From the NCBI GenBank assembly GCA_963768675.1, contig CAVYIV010000001.1:77913-141912 (forward strand): a DNA stretch of 64,000 bases, written 5' to 3'. The position numbers and the translations under genes were made by a program. Below the pieces are notes generated by a model. The model worked only from the letters and a program-made list of their open reading frames with translations. It was not told the origin of the DNA and did not search any database. Source of the DNA: an uncultured Chloroflexia bacterium (GTDB taxonomy: Bacteria; Chloroflexota; Limnocylindria; Limnocylindrales; CSP1-4). How positions within the stretch are numbered: the stretch's first letter is position 1; each line of letters begins with the position of its first letter. Below are positions 21,678 through 31,287 of this stretch, piece by piece.

Positions 21678-22289
21678 TCAGAACGGGAAGCCCGACTCCA
21701 GGAGGGCCATGCCTCGGTCGACCCGCTCGAGGAATCGCGTCGCCCAGTCGTCCCCATCGGCGGCGAACCAGGCCGCGATCGCAATGCCGATCACGGCGCC
21801 CGCCAGGGCCAGCACCGAATCGTCGTCCGAAGGCCGGTGCGAGCGTTCGGCCAGGAGGTCGGCGATCTCACTCACGGTCCGTGCGAACTCCCCGAGCATC
21901 GCCGCCTGCAGCTCCGGCACGCTCCGCATGAGCCGCTCGCGCTCCAGCTGGACGGCCATCTCGTCGCCGGCCAGATCCCCGAACCCCGACCGGAGCGAGG
22001 CCCGCAACGCCTGCACGGCGTTGAGCTCAGGCGGCTGCACCCGGAACGCCTCGATCATCCGCTCATCGAGGTCGTCGTAGATGACGAGATCGGGCTTGGT
22101 CGGGAAGTAGCGAAAGACCGTGGACGGCGATACCTCGGCCGACTCGGCGATGTCCTCGATGGACGTTCCGTCGTAGCCCTGCTCGCGGAAGAGGCGCAGA
22201 GCGTGCTCCTGGATCAGGGCGCGCGTCTTCGCCTTCTTGCGCTCGCGGAGGCCCGACCTCGGCGGATTGTCGGCACGTCTCAGGTCCAT
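21678..22289 (-). CDS. TetR/AcrR-family transcriptional regulator
   Basis: Intact 203-codon ORF. The N-terminal HTH is KTRALIQEHALRLFREQGYDGTSIEDIAESAEVSPSTVFRYFPTK. It lies immediately downstream of the MFS gene on the same strand. Confidence 0.9.
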   Translation of the reverse strand: MDLRRADNPPRSGLRERKKAKTRALIQEHALRLFREQGYDGTSIEDIAESAEVSPSTVFRYFPTKPDLVIYDDLDERMIEAFRVQPPELNAVQALRASLRSGFGDLAGDEMAVQLERERLMRSVPELQAAMLGEFARTVSEIADLLAERSHRPSDDDSVLALAGAVIGIAIAAWFAADGDDWATRFLERVDRGMALLESGFPF

Positions 22290-22355
22290 GGCACAGCTGC
22301 CGTCCTTCCTGGCCGTCTCATCCCTGCCCGGTCTCGCCGGCGTATCGTCGCCAGT

Positions 22356-23906
22356 CTAGGTGGCGATCACGGGGTCGGGCGCGGGCTGGGGCTCGTCGGC
22401 AGGCCGCCTCGCGCGTGCACGCGCGGGCAGGAAGAGAAGGGCAGGGATGATCGCAACCAGGGCGACGCCGGCGGTGATCCGTACCGCGTCGTCCATGCCC
22501 GCGACGAAGGCTGACTTGACCGAGGCGAGCAGCGCCGCCGACCCCGTCTGCTGGGCGACGGCGAGCCCGCCGAAGACGCTCGCCTTCACGGCGGCCGCGA
22601 CCGGCACAGGCAGCCCGGTCACCGCGACCTGCGCTTGGTACGTCGAGTTAAGGACGCTGCCCAGGAACGACGCGCCGAACGCCGGCCCCAGCTTCACCAC
22701 GGCCTGGAGAAGGGCGGCGCCGACTCCGCTCCGGTCGGCGGAGAGCTCGCCCAGGGCCGTCGACGCGGCAGTCGCGAAGCCCAGGCCTCCACCGAGGCCA
22801 ACGACGAAGGTCCAGCCCGCGATGAACGCATCACTGCTCCCGGCGGTCATCGTCGCCCCGACGACGGAGCCGACTGCGACCACGGCGAACCCGATGGCGA
22901 CCGTGAGCTTCGCACCGATCCGGGAGGTTACCCTGTCTGCGCTCACGGCGCCGACGATCAGCCCGCCCACCGCCGGGAGGAGGCGAAGCCCTGAGCCCTG
23001 CGGGTCGACGCCCAGGATCGCCTGGAGGTACTGGGGCAGGCCGAAGAGCACGCCGAACAGCCCGAAGATGCCGAAGGCCGTCAGCACGATGCCCCACGTG
23101 AAGCTGCGCGAGCGGAAGAGCGCCAGGTCGATGAGCGGCTCGCCATCCCGCTGCGCGGTGAGGCGGCGCTCCCACAGCACGAAGGCGGCAAGGATCACGA
23201 GCCCGGCGACGACCGGCCCGATCGCGCTCGAACTGCCCCAGCCGTCGTTCCCGGCCTCGACGACGCCGTACATGAGTCCGACCAGCCCGGCGCTCGAGAG
23301 CACGATGCCGGCGAAGTCGATGCCGGGCCGCCTGGACGATCGCGACTCCGGGACGAGCACGAGCACGGCGACCAGGCCGAGCAGCGCGACCGGCACGTTC
23401 ACCAGGAAGATCCAGCCCCACCAGACGTGGCTGAGCATCCAGCCGCCGAGGATCGGTCCCAATGGCAGGCCGATGAAGTTGGCCGCCCCCCAGATTCCGA
23501 CCGCCCGCGGCCGTTCAGCCTCGTCGAACAGCACCGTGAAGACCGCGAGCACCATGACGATCAAGGTGGCCCCGGCGAGACCGAGCGCCACCCGCGCGGC
23601 AATGAACACCTCCGGTCCGGGCGCGTACGCGCAGCCGAGTGAGCCCAGCACGAACAGGACGAGCCCGCCGCTCATCACGGCCTTGCGCCCGTAGCGGTCA
23701 CCCAGCAGGCCCGCCGGCAGCATGCCGGCCACCAGGGCCAGGGTGTAGGCGGTGACGAACCACTGCAACTGAGACTCCGATGCCCGCAGCGCGCCCGCCA
23801 GCGTCGGCAGGGCCACGGTGAGGACGGTCACGTCGAGGGTCACCGCGAAGACTGCCAGCACCATGGCGCCGGCGGCCCACCAGCGGCGCGTCCCTGTCCC
23901 GGTCAT
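22356..23906 (-). CDS. MFS transporter, DHA2 (EmrB/QacA-like, 14-TMS) family
   Basis: Intact ORF. ATG at 23906 lies 5 nt after GGAGG. Motifs: LDVTVLTVALP, GLLGDRYGRK (motif A). There are many predicted TM segments. Confidence 0.9.
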   Translation of the reverse strand: MTGTGTRRWWAAGAMVLAVFAVTLDVTVLTVALPTLAGALRASESQLQWFVTAYTLALVAGMLPAGLLGDRYGRKAVMSGGLVLFVLGSLGCAYAPGPEVFIAARVALGLAGATLIVMVLAVFTVLFDEAERPRAVGIWGAANFIGLPLGPILGGWMLSHVWWGWIFLVNVPVALLGLVAVLVLVPESRSSRRPGIDFAGIVLSSAGLVGLMYGVVEAGNDGWGSSSAIGPVVAGLVILAAFVLWERRLTAQRDGEPLIDLALFRSRSFTWGIVLTAFGIFGLFGVLFGLPQYLQAILGVDPQGSGLRLLPAVGGLIVGAVSADRVTSRIGAKLTVAIGFAVVAVGSVVGATMTAGSSDAFIAGWTFVVGLGGGLGFATAASTALGELSADRSGVGAALLQAVVKLGPAFGASFLGSVLNSTYQAQVAVTGLPVPVAAAVKASVFGGLAVAQQTGSAALLASVKSAFVAGMDDAVRITAGVALVAIIPALLFLPARARARRPADEPQPAPDPVIAT

Positions 23907-23969
23907 GGCGACCTCCATGGAGCGCTCGTGTGCATGCAACCTGCAGCAGCAAGCAGCTGTTATCTAAGA

Positions 23970-23991
23970 GTCAATGTAATAATACTGTCAC
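23970..23991. promoter_or_regulatory. candidate TetR operator / promoter element in an AT-rich island
   Basis: Imperfect 22-bp palindrome GTCAATGTAAT|AATACTGTCAC with 7 of 11 symmetric positions. It sits in the only AT-rich stretch (about 23958-24005) of the divergent MFS/gcvT-SHMT intergenic region, 64-85 nt upstream of the MFS ATG. Confidence 0.3.
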
Positions 23992-24186
23992 CGTCAATAC
24001 AGTCCCAAGGGTCGTCGATCCCGGTCGCGTGCCGTCCGATCGCGGGAGTCGGGAGGGGGCGGGGCTACGTCGCGACGGTATGATCCGAAGTGCACGCAGG
24101 CCGGGCCGAGTCGCACGCCGAAACCGCGCGGCGGGCGCGGACGAACCGGGTCGGTTCGAAGCCCACTGTCGAATGAGGAGCGAAGC

Positions 24187-26832
24187 ATGAAGCGCACGCC
24201 GCTGTACGAGAAGCACGTCCAGGCGGGCGCCACCATGGTCGACTTCGGCGGGTGGGAGATGCCCGTCCAGTACCCGACCGGGATCATCAAGGAGCACCTC
24301 GAGACGCGGCGCGCGGCGGGCGTCTTCGACGTGTCCCACATGGGCCGTTTCGTGGTCCGCGGGGCCGACGCGCTGCCCTTCCTCCAGCACGTGCTGACCG
24401 GAAACGCGGCCGCGCTGCTCCCGGGCAAGTCGCAGTACACGATGATCCCTGACGCCGACGGCGGGGCGATCGACGACGCCTACCTTTACTGCCTGGACCG
24501 CGACGACTACCTGCTCGTGGTCAACGCCTCGAACCGCGAGAAGGACTGGGACCACATCTCGGCGCACGCCGGCGGATTCCCCGGCCTGGTCCTCGAGGAC
24601 CACACGGAGGAGATCGCGATGATCTCCGTCCAGGGCCCTGCGTCGCGCCGGATCGTCGAGGAGATCGCGGCGGCCGGCCGGCTGCCCGAGCCGGGGCGGA
24701 ACAACCTGTGCGCCTCGAGGATCGGGGGAGCGAAGGTCGTCATCGCGCGGACCGGCTACACCGGCGAGGCGATCGGGTTCGAGCTGTTCGTCCCCGCCGA
24801 GGTCGCCGGCGCGACCTGGGACCGGGTCGTCAGCCTGGGTGCGTCCCCGATCGGCCTCGGCGCCCGGGATACGCTCCGCCTGGAGGCCGCGCTCCCGCTC
24901 TACGGGCACGAGCTCGGCCTCGATCCGGCGGGCGGGCCGATCCCGATCTTCGCCTGCCCCCTCGCGCGGGTTGCGGTGAGCTTCAGCGCCCTCAAGGCCG
25001 ACTTTATCGGGCGGGGGGCGCTGGTCCGCCAGTTCGAGGCGAACCGCAGGATCATGCGGCGGGACTACAGCGATCACGAGGTGCTGCCCCGGATCGTGCG
25101 ACCCTTCCAGCTCCTCGACCGGGGCGTGGCGCGCCAGAACGCTGACGTCTACGTCGGCGAGCGACACGTCGGCTGGGTGACGAGCGGGACCGTCGCCCCG
25201 TACTGGATCTATGCGGGCGAGGGGCTCTCGAGCGTCCTCACCGAGATCAGCGAGAAGCGGGCGATCGGGCTCGCCCTCATCGATGCCGACGTCGAGGAGC
25301 ACACCGACGTCGAGATCGACATCCGCGGCAGCCGGGTCAAGGCCCACATCGCGCCCTACCTCCTGCGTGCCGATGCGCCGCCGTTCACTCGGCCCATCTC
25401 CTTCGGGGAGATCCCGGCGCCGTGGGCGGCGGAGGTGGCGGCCGTCGCTGAGTACGCGACGCGGGCCTCCGACCTCGTCCGTCGGGCGGTCGACAACACC
25501 CGCTGGCGGCAGCAGCAGTGCATCAACCTCATCCCGTCGGAGATGACGCCGTCACCGCTGGCCCGGACGCTCTCGATCATGGACCCGGCCTCGCGGTACG
25601 CGGAGCACAAGCGCGTCCGGGCGCTGCTCGACGCCGACGTCTACTACTACCAGGGCACCGGCTTCATCGCCGAGGTCGAGCGCGACCTCGTCTCCCAGAT
25701 GCGCACGTTCCTCGGGGCCCGGGAGGTGGAGACGCGGGTCATCAGCGGCCAGATGGCGAACATGGTCGTCTTCTCCGCGCTCGTCGACTACCTGAACCGC
25801 GACGACCGGCGCTCGGAGCAGCGGCGGATCCGCTCGGTGGTCAACAACCACATCATCAAGGGCGGCCACCTGAGCGCGCAGCCGATGGGCGCCCTGCGCG
25901 ACTACGTCGCGCGCAACCCCGCCACCGAGGCGCCGGCGGTGTTCAACTTCCCGGTCCGCGCCGACGACCCGTACCAGATCGACCTCGAGGCCCTGCCCGA
26001 GCTGTTCGAGCGGGCCAGGCCGGAGCTCGTCATCCTCGGCAAGAGCATGATCCTGTACCCGGAGCCGGTCGCCGCGGTGCGCCGCCTCGTGGACCAGATG
26101 GGCCTCGACACCGTGATCATGTACGACATGGCGCACATCCTGGGTCTCGTCGGGCCCCACTTCCAGGAGCCGTTCGCGGAGGGCGCGGACCTCGTCACGG
26201 GGTCCACCCACAAGACGTTCTTCGGCACCCAGCGCGGCGTCGTCGCCGGCAACTGGGAGGAGGACGACCAGCGCTTCCGGCTCTGGGAGACGATCGAGTC
26301 GCGCGCCTTCCCCGGGAGCGTGAGCAACCACCATCTCGGCACGCTGCTCGGACTCCTCTTCTCGGCCTACGAGATGCTCGCCTTCCGGGATTCCTATCAG
26401 CCGGCGGTCCTGGCCAACGCCAGGGCGTTCGCCCGCGCGCTCGCGGACCTCGGGATGCACGTCGCCGGCGACCCGGCGCTCGGCTACACGCAGACCCACC
26501 AGGTCGTGGTCGAGGTGGGCTACGCGAAGGGGATCGACGCCGCGCGACGTCTCGAGGACAACAACATCGTCTGCAACTACCAGGCCACTCCCACGGACGA
26601 GGGCTTCACGACCGCGGGCGCGCTGCGGATGGGCGTCTCGGAGATGACCCGCTTCGGGATGGAGGCGGAGGACTTCCGGCAGGTCGCCCAGTTCATCAAG
26701 GACGTCGTGGTCGACGGGGCGGACGTGCGCGACGAGGTGGCCCGCTTCCGGGCCCGCTTCATCGACCTCCACTACTGCTTCACGGGCGCCGAATCCACCG
26801 AGCAGCTCCGCAGCCTCAGCGCCTTCATCTGA
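24187..26832 (+). CDS. bifunctional fusion: glycine-cleavage T-protein (aminomethyltransferase) domain + SHMT-like PLP domain
   Basis: Intact 881-codon ORF. ATG at 24187 follows GAGGAG. The N-terminal half has TPLYEKHVQAGA, GWEMPVQY, AGVFDVSHMG, ARTGYTGEAIGFELF and GARDTLRLEAALPLYGHELG. The C-terminal half has CINLIPSEMTPSP, SGQMANMVV and GSTHKTFFGTQRG (PLP Lys). Confidence 0.9.
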   Translation: MKRTPLYEKHVQAGATMVDFGGWEMPVQYPTGIIKEHLETRRAAGVFDVSHMGRFVVRGADALPFLQHVLTGNAAALLPGKSQYTMIPDADGGAIDDAYLYCLDRDDYLLVVNASNREKDWDHISAHAGGFPGLVLEDHTEEIAMISVQGPASRRIVEEIAAAGRLPEPGRNNLCASRIGGAKVVIARTGYTGEAIGFELFVPAEVAGATWDRVVSLGASPIGLGARDTLRLEAALPLYGHELGLDPAGGPIPIFACPLARVAVSFSALKADFIGRGALVRQFEANRRIMRRDYSDHEVLPRIVRPFQLLDRGVARQNADVYVGERHVGWVTSGTVAPYWIYAGEGLSSVLTEISEKRAIGLALIDADVEEHTDVEIDIRGSRVKAHIAPYLLRADAPPFTRPISFGEIPAPWAAEVAAVAEYATRASDLVRRAVDNTRWRQQQCINLIPSEMTPSPLARTLSIMDPASRYAEHKRVRALLDADVYYYQGTGFIAEVERDLVSQMRTFLGAREVETRVISGQMANMVVFSALVDYLNRDDRRSEQRRIRSVVNNHIIKGGHLSAQPMGALRDYVARNPATEAPAVFNFPVRADDPYQIDLEALPELFERARPELVILGKSMILYPEPVAAVRRLVDQMGLDTVIMYDMAHILGLVGPHFQEPFAEGADLVTGSTHKTFFGTQRGVVAGNWEEDDQRFRLWETIESRAFPGSVSNHHLGTLLGLLFSAYEMLAFRDSYQPAVLANARAFARALADLGMHVAGDPALGYTQTHQVVVEVGYAKGIDAARRLEDNNIVCNYQATPTDEGFTTAGALRMGVSEMTRFGMEAEDFRQVAQFIKDVVVDGADVRDEVARFRARFIDLHYCFTGAESTEQLRSLSAFI

Positions 26833-26844
26833 GGCCGGAGGCGG

Positions 26845-28136
26845 TCAGCTCGGAACGGGCGCCGGGCTGGGGTCCGGGGCGCGACCCCGCCCGGCAAGCC
26901 GGCCCGCCAGGATAACCGTGCCGCCGCTGCCCACGATCAGGAGCGCGCAGCCGAGCATCCCGGCACCGAGCCCCGCGACCCCGGCGATCAGGCCGACGAG
27001 TGGCGGATAGGTGATCGACCCGACGACGCCCATCGTCGCCACGATCCCCGCGACCGCGGCCGCGCGATGCGGGAAGAGCGAGCCCGCGACCGACATGATC
27101 ATCGGGTAGACGGGTCCGAAGGCGAACCCGGCAACGAGGAACAGGCCGATCCGGACGGGGCCGGAGGCGAGGCCGACCGCGGCCAGGATCGCGATGCCAC
27201 CGGCCACGGCGCACGAGACGGTGAAGCGGACCGGGTCGAAGCGGTCCGCGATCCGGCTCGCGGTCACCCGACCGGCGGCGATGCCGACCCAGAAGAGGCT
27301 GAGGGCGAGGGTGGCCACGGTCATCGGCTCGTCGGCGAAGAAACCCCACCAGCCAGCTCGAGACGCCCGATTCGGCTGCGACGTAGCAGGCGATCGCCAG
27401 GCCGAGCGCCGCGAGCGCGAGGCGGAGGCGGGCCGGCGTGCCTCGCCTCGCGCGGCACCGACGTGGCGCCCGCCGGGGCCCGAGGTCGCGGCGGGACGGC
27501 ACCCGCGCGGGAGAGCGGCTCCGCCAGCGCCAGCCCGGCCAGGCCCGTCGCCCCGGCGAGCAGGCGCCACTCGACCCCGAGGCCCACGAGCACGCCGATG
27601 GCGACCGGCGCCACGAGGGCGCCGACGCTGTAGAAGACGTGCAGCAGGCTCAGCTTGCCGCCGCTGCCCGAGGCCGCCACGTCCATGACGATGCTGCTGC
27701 CCACCGTCACGACCACGCCGCAGCCGGCCCCGGTGAGGCCCGCGCCGGCGAGGAAGATTGGCCACCCGGGAGCGACGACCTCGAGGGCCATCCCGGCGGC
27801 GATCAGCAGTGCCGCGGACGCATACACGGGGCGGCGGCCGACGCGACCGGCAACGAGCCCGGATGACAGGGCCCCGACGGCGAACAGCAGCGCGATGACG
27901 AGGTAGAGGAGCCCGAACTCCGCGTCCGAGCGGTCGAAGTCGGCCTTCAGGACCCGGATGAGCGAGGGGACGAAGAGCCCGGTCCAGCCGGCGAGCGTGA
28001 AACCGGCGTACGAGGCGAGCATGATCGTGCGCTCCGCCGGCCGGCCGGCCGGCCGTTCCGGGCGACCGACACCGGGCCCCGCCGCGACCGCGGGATCCGG
28101 AACGCTGCGGGGAGATGACCTGGGCAGACGCATCAC
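26845..28136 (-). pseudogene. MFS transporter, two frame breaks as assembled
   Basis: The N-terminal half is in ORF 27321-28136 (start possibly at 28022, MLASYAGFTLAGW). The middle piece is LALAALGLAIACYVAAESGVSSWLVGF. The C-terminal half is in ORF 26845.. (FADEPMTVATLALSLFWVGIAAGR...). The breaks are at about 27440-27500 and at the TTT/AAA run 27341-27343. Confidence 0.7.
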
Positions 28137-28311
28137 CGCTGATCATCGCCTACCTGCGCCGGCGCCATCGCCCGAGTCCGTCGAACCCGGGAAACACCGG
28201 GCTATCCACGGGGCCGGCAATGGAGCACACTCCGCGAAACCGGTGGGGGTCCGGTCTCCTCCGCCGTGGCGTCCTCGCGGTCGATCGGACCGTGGCGGAA
28301 AGGAGGTCTCG

Positions 28312-28593
28312 ATGCAGGCTCCGGGCCCGTTCGTGGCCAGCGTCCTTCGCGAGCCATCACCCTCCGCGAGCTGCACGTGCCAGCACTGGGTCCATTGCGA
28401 CTGCGCCTGTCACGATCGGCGCTGCGACCCGTCCGAGAGCACGTGCGACGTCGCCTATCTTCCCGATGACGGTGGTCTCGCGTACTGGGGTTGCCAATCC
28501 TGCACCCCGGGTGAAGGTGCTCCGCACTACCTCGGTTGCGAGCTGATGGGCTGGAACGTGCCGATGCAGCGGGGGTTCGCGATTCTCGGGTAG
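28312..28593 (+). CDS. small cysteine/histidine-rich protein (93 aa, 10 Cys), unknown family
   Basis: ATG at 28312 lies 5 nt after a perfect AGGAGG (28301-28306). The ORF is intact, with no signal peptide or TM segment. The Cys cluster is SCTCQHWVHCDCACHDRRCD...STC...GCQSC...GC. Confidence 0.55.
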   Translation: MQAPGPFVASVLREPSPSASCTCQHWVHCDCACHDRRCDPSESTCDVAYLPDDGGLAYWGCQSCTPGEGAPHYLGCELMGWNVPMQRGFAILG

Positions 28594-28614
28594 GCCGGCT
28601 CCGGACGGGCGCCC

Positions 28615-29257
28615 TCAGGCCGGCGTTCCGGCGCGCTCCTCGACGGCCGCGAGGACGATGGCAGCGGCACCCGCGAAGCCGATCCGCCCGGTGTCGATGG
28701 CGACGTCGTAGAGCCGCACGTCGAGCCAGTCGCAGCCGTATACCTGCTTGTTGTAGGCCCGCCGATTGGCGTCCATCTGGTGGACGCGCCGCTCAGCGGC
28801 CGGCCGGTCCAGATGCTCGCGCTCCATCACGATCCCCTGGCGGAACGCCACGTCCGCGTGGAGGAAGACGTTGAGCACGTTCGGGCGGTCGCGCAGGATG
28901 TGCGCCGCGCCCCGTCCGACGATCACCACGTTGCCGGTCCTGGCGACCTTGCGGACCACGTCCTGGGTCAGCATGGAGGACCTCGCGCCGAGGATCGTAG
29001 GCCGCGTCCGGGTACGGCGGGTCCCACGCCACGCCGAGCCCGGCCGCCAGCGGCGAGAAGGCTCCCGCCAGGCGGTCGAGGAGCGAGGTCGCGCGCTCAT
29101 CCTCGGCCCTGACGTCTTCGGGCGGAACGGAGGCACGCTTGGCTACCTCGGCGATGAGCGCCTGGTCGACGACGTCGAGACCCAGGCGATCCGCGACCAA
29201 CCGTGCGACGCTCGATCCGCCGGCACCGAACTGCCTCGAGATCGTGATGACCGGCAT
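28615..29257 (-). pseudogene. cytidylate-kinase-like family protein (P-loop), one frame break as assembled
   Basis: The N-terminus is MPVITISRQFGAGGSSVARLVADRLGL. It continues in ORF 28615-29136 (NVVIVGRGAAHILRDRPNVLNVFLHA..RRAYNKQVYGCDW) after a break at about 28995. Confidence 0.75.
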
Positions 29258-29350
29258 CTGACACCTCCGTTGCCTCGGCCCCTGGCCGAGCGTGATCTGG
29301 GTCGTCGGTCTGCGCCTGTCTCGTCGGTGAACGTCCGGATCGGCTCTCGC

Positions 29351-31031
29351 TCAGTCGCCCCTCTCGACGGCCACCGGAACGGCGATGCCCTCCGGGGCGT
29401 GCGCCGGCACATGCTCGGTGGCCGCGTGCGTCGACCGCAGGGGCAGCTCGTGGAGGAAGACCGCCGCGACACACGGCAATGATCGCCGCTCCGACGCCGA
29501 TCCACATGGAGTTCCCGAGCGCGATCGAGAACGCCTCGTGGAAGCCGTCGAGGAAGATCGGCTGGAGCTGCGGCCGGGACCTGGGTCAGGAACTGGGTCG
29601 AGCTCCCGCCGCCCACCGAGGTGAGGTCCTGCCCGATGTTGAAGCCAGGCGGCGCGACGAGCGGCACGGCCGCCGCCGGAGCGCCCTTCGCGATGATCTG
29701 GTCGCGCAGCAGGCCCCAGGTCAGGTTGTTCTCGAAGACGGTGAAGGCGACGGTCAGGCCGACAGAGGTGCCGATCTGGCGAAACAGGGTGAGGTCGCTG
29801 GTGGCGGTGCCCAGCAGCCGGAACGGCACCGCGTTCTGCACGATCAGCGTGAAGACGGCCATCATCGGCCCGACGCCGATGCCGGTCACGATCATCCAGA
29901 GCCAGAGGTTGAGCGTCGTCGTCTCGGTGCGCAGGTTGGTGAACAGGGTCAGGCCGACCGCGACGAGGGCCATGGACGCCACCAGCAGCCACTTGTAATG
30001 CCCCGTGCGGCTGACGATCTGGCCGGAGGCGATCGAGCTCGCGATCAGCCCGAACAGGAACGGCATCAGGTCGTAGCCGGACGCCGTCGAGCTCGCCCCC
30101 TGGACGATCTGGAACCAGAGCGGCAGGAAGATGATCGCCGTCGCGAATCCGAACGTGGCGAAGAAGGTGGCGATGGCGGAGACCGTGAAGGTGCTGTTGC
30201 GGAACAGCGCGAGCGGGATCACCGGGTCCTCGGCGCGCGTCTCGACGAGGACGAAGACGACCAGGAAGACCGACGCCCATCGACGAAGCCGCCGATGACC
30301 ACGGGGTCGGTCCAGTCGCCGTTCTCGGCGAGCGTCAGGGCGACGAGGATGGGGACGATGCCGAGCATGAGCGTCACGACGCCCGGCACGTCGAGGTTGA
30401 AGCGGCTGCCCGCGCGCTTGACCGTCGGGAGCAGGTGCCAGATGAAGTAGAGCGAGACCAGCCCGACCGGCAGGTTGACGAAGAAAACCCAGTGCCAGCT
30501 GATGTTGTCGGTCAGGAAGCCGCCCAGGAACGGGCCGACGAGGAACGCGACGCCGAACACGGCCCCGAAGAGCCCCTGGTACTTGCCGCGCTCGGCCGGG
30601 GTGAAGAGGTCGCCGATCACGGCGAGCGAGATCGGGAAGAGGGCGCCTGCACCGAGGCCCTGGATGCCGCGGAACAGGATGAGCTGCCACATGGTCTGGC
30701 TGAGGCCCGAGAGGGCGGAGCCGATCAGGAACAGCACGATCCCGAACATCAGGAGCGGTCGCCGGCCGTACAGGTCCGAGAGCTTCCCGTAGACGGGGAT
30801 CGTCACGGTGCTCGTCAGCAGGTAGGCGGTGACCACCCAGGTGTAGTAGTTGGCGCCCTGCAGGTCGGTCACGATCCGGGGCAGCACGGGTCCCACGATC
30901 GTCTGGTCGAGGGCGGACAGGAACATCCCGAGCAGGACGGCGAAGAGGATCTCGAACCGGGCGCGCGGGTTGACTTCGATCGCCGGGTGCGAAAAGTCGC
31001 CGGATGCGGAAGTCACCGGCACGCTCTCCAT
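29351..31031 (-). pseudogene. MFS transporter, DHA2 (EmrB/QacA-like) family, three frame breaks as assembled
   Basis: ATG at 31031. Motifs: LSALDQTIVGPVLPRIVTDL, GKLSDLYGRRP, RGIQGLGAGALFP. The pieces in the frames of ORFs 30219.., 29143.., 29097.. and 29351.. are collinear. The breaks are at about 30280, 29574 and 29472. Confidence 0.8.
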
Positions 31032-31287
31032 TTGACGTCCCTCCTCGTCGATGGCTCCGGAGCCCGGCCCGGGGGTCTGCTGTGACGAGCCATGCGCTGC
31101 GTTCGATCCGGGCCTCGGGAGGCGCAATTCTAGCCCATGCTCCCGTGGGTGCCTGATCCCGGCATCCAAGCGCGCGCCGCAGGCGCGTGCGATCCGAGAC
31201 GGCAACCGAAGCATCCCTTCGTCGGTACCCAACCCCGGGCGCGGGGTTGCTATCGTCGCGCGACCGTTCGCACGAAGGGTGTCCAGC

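Noticed and set aside
24006-24186. A possible glycine, THF or ZTP riboswitch in the leader of the GcvT-SHMT gene.
   Set aside because: By eye the leader lacks the conserved cores: there is no GGAGAG...CACCGAAGGGGCAA...CUCAGGCAAAAGGAC and no CCGCCUGGGC pseudoknot element. Only a generic hairpin is evident. I kept it as a low-interest note pending an Rfam scan.
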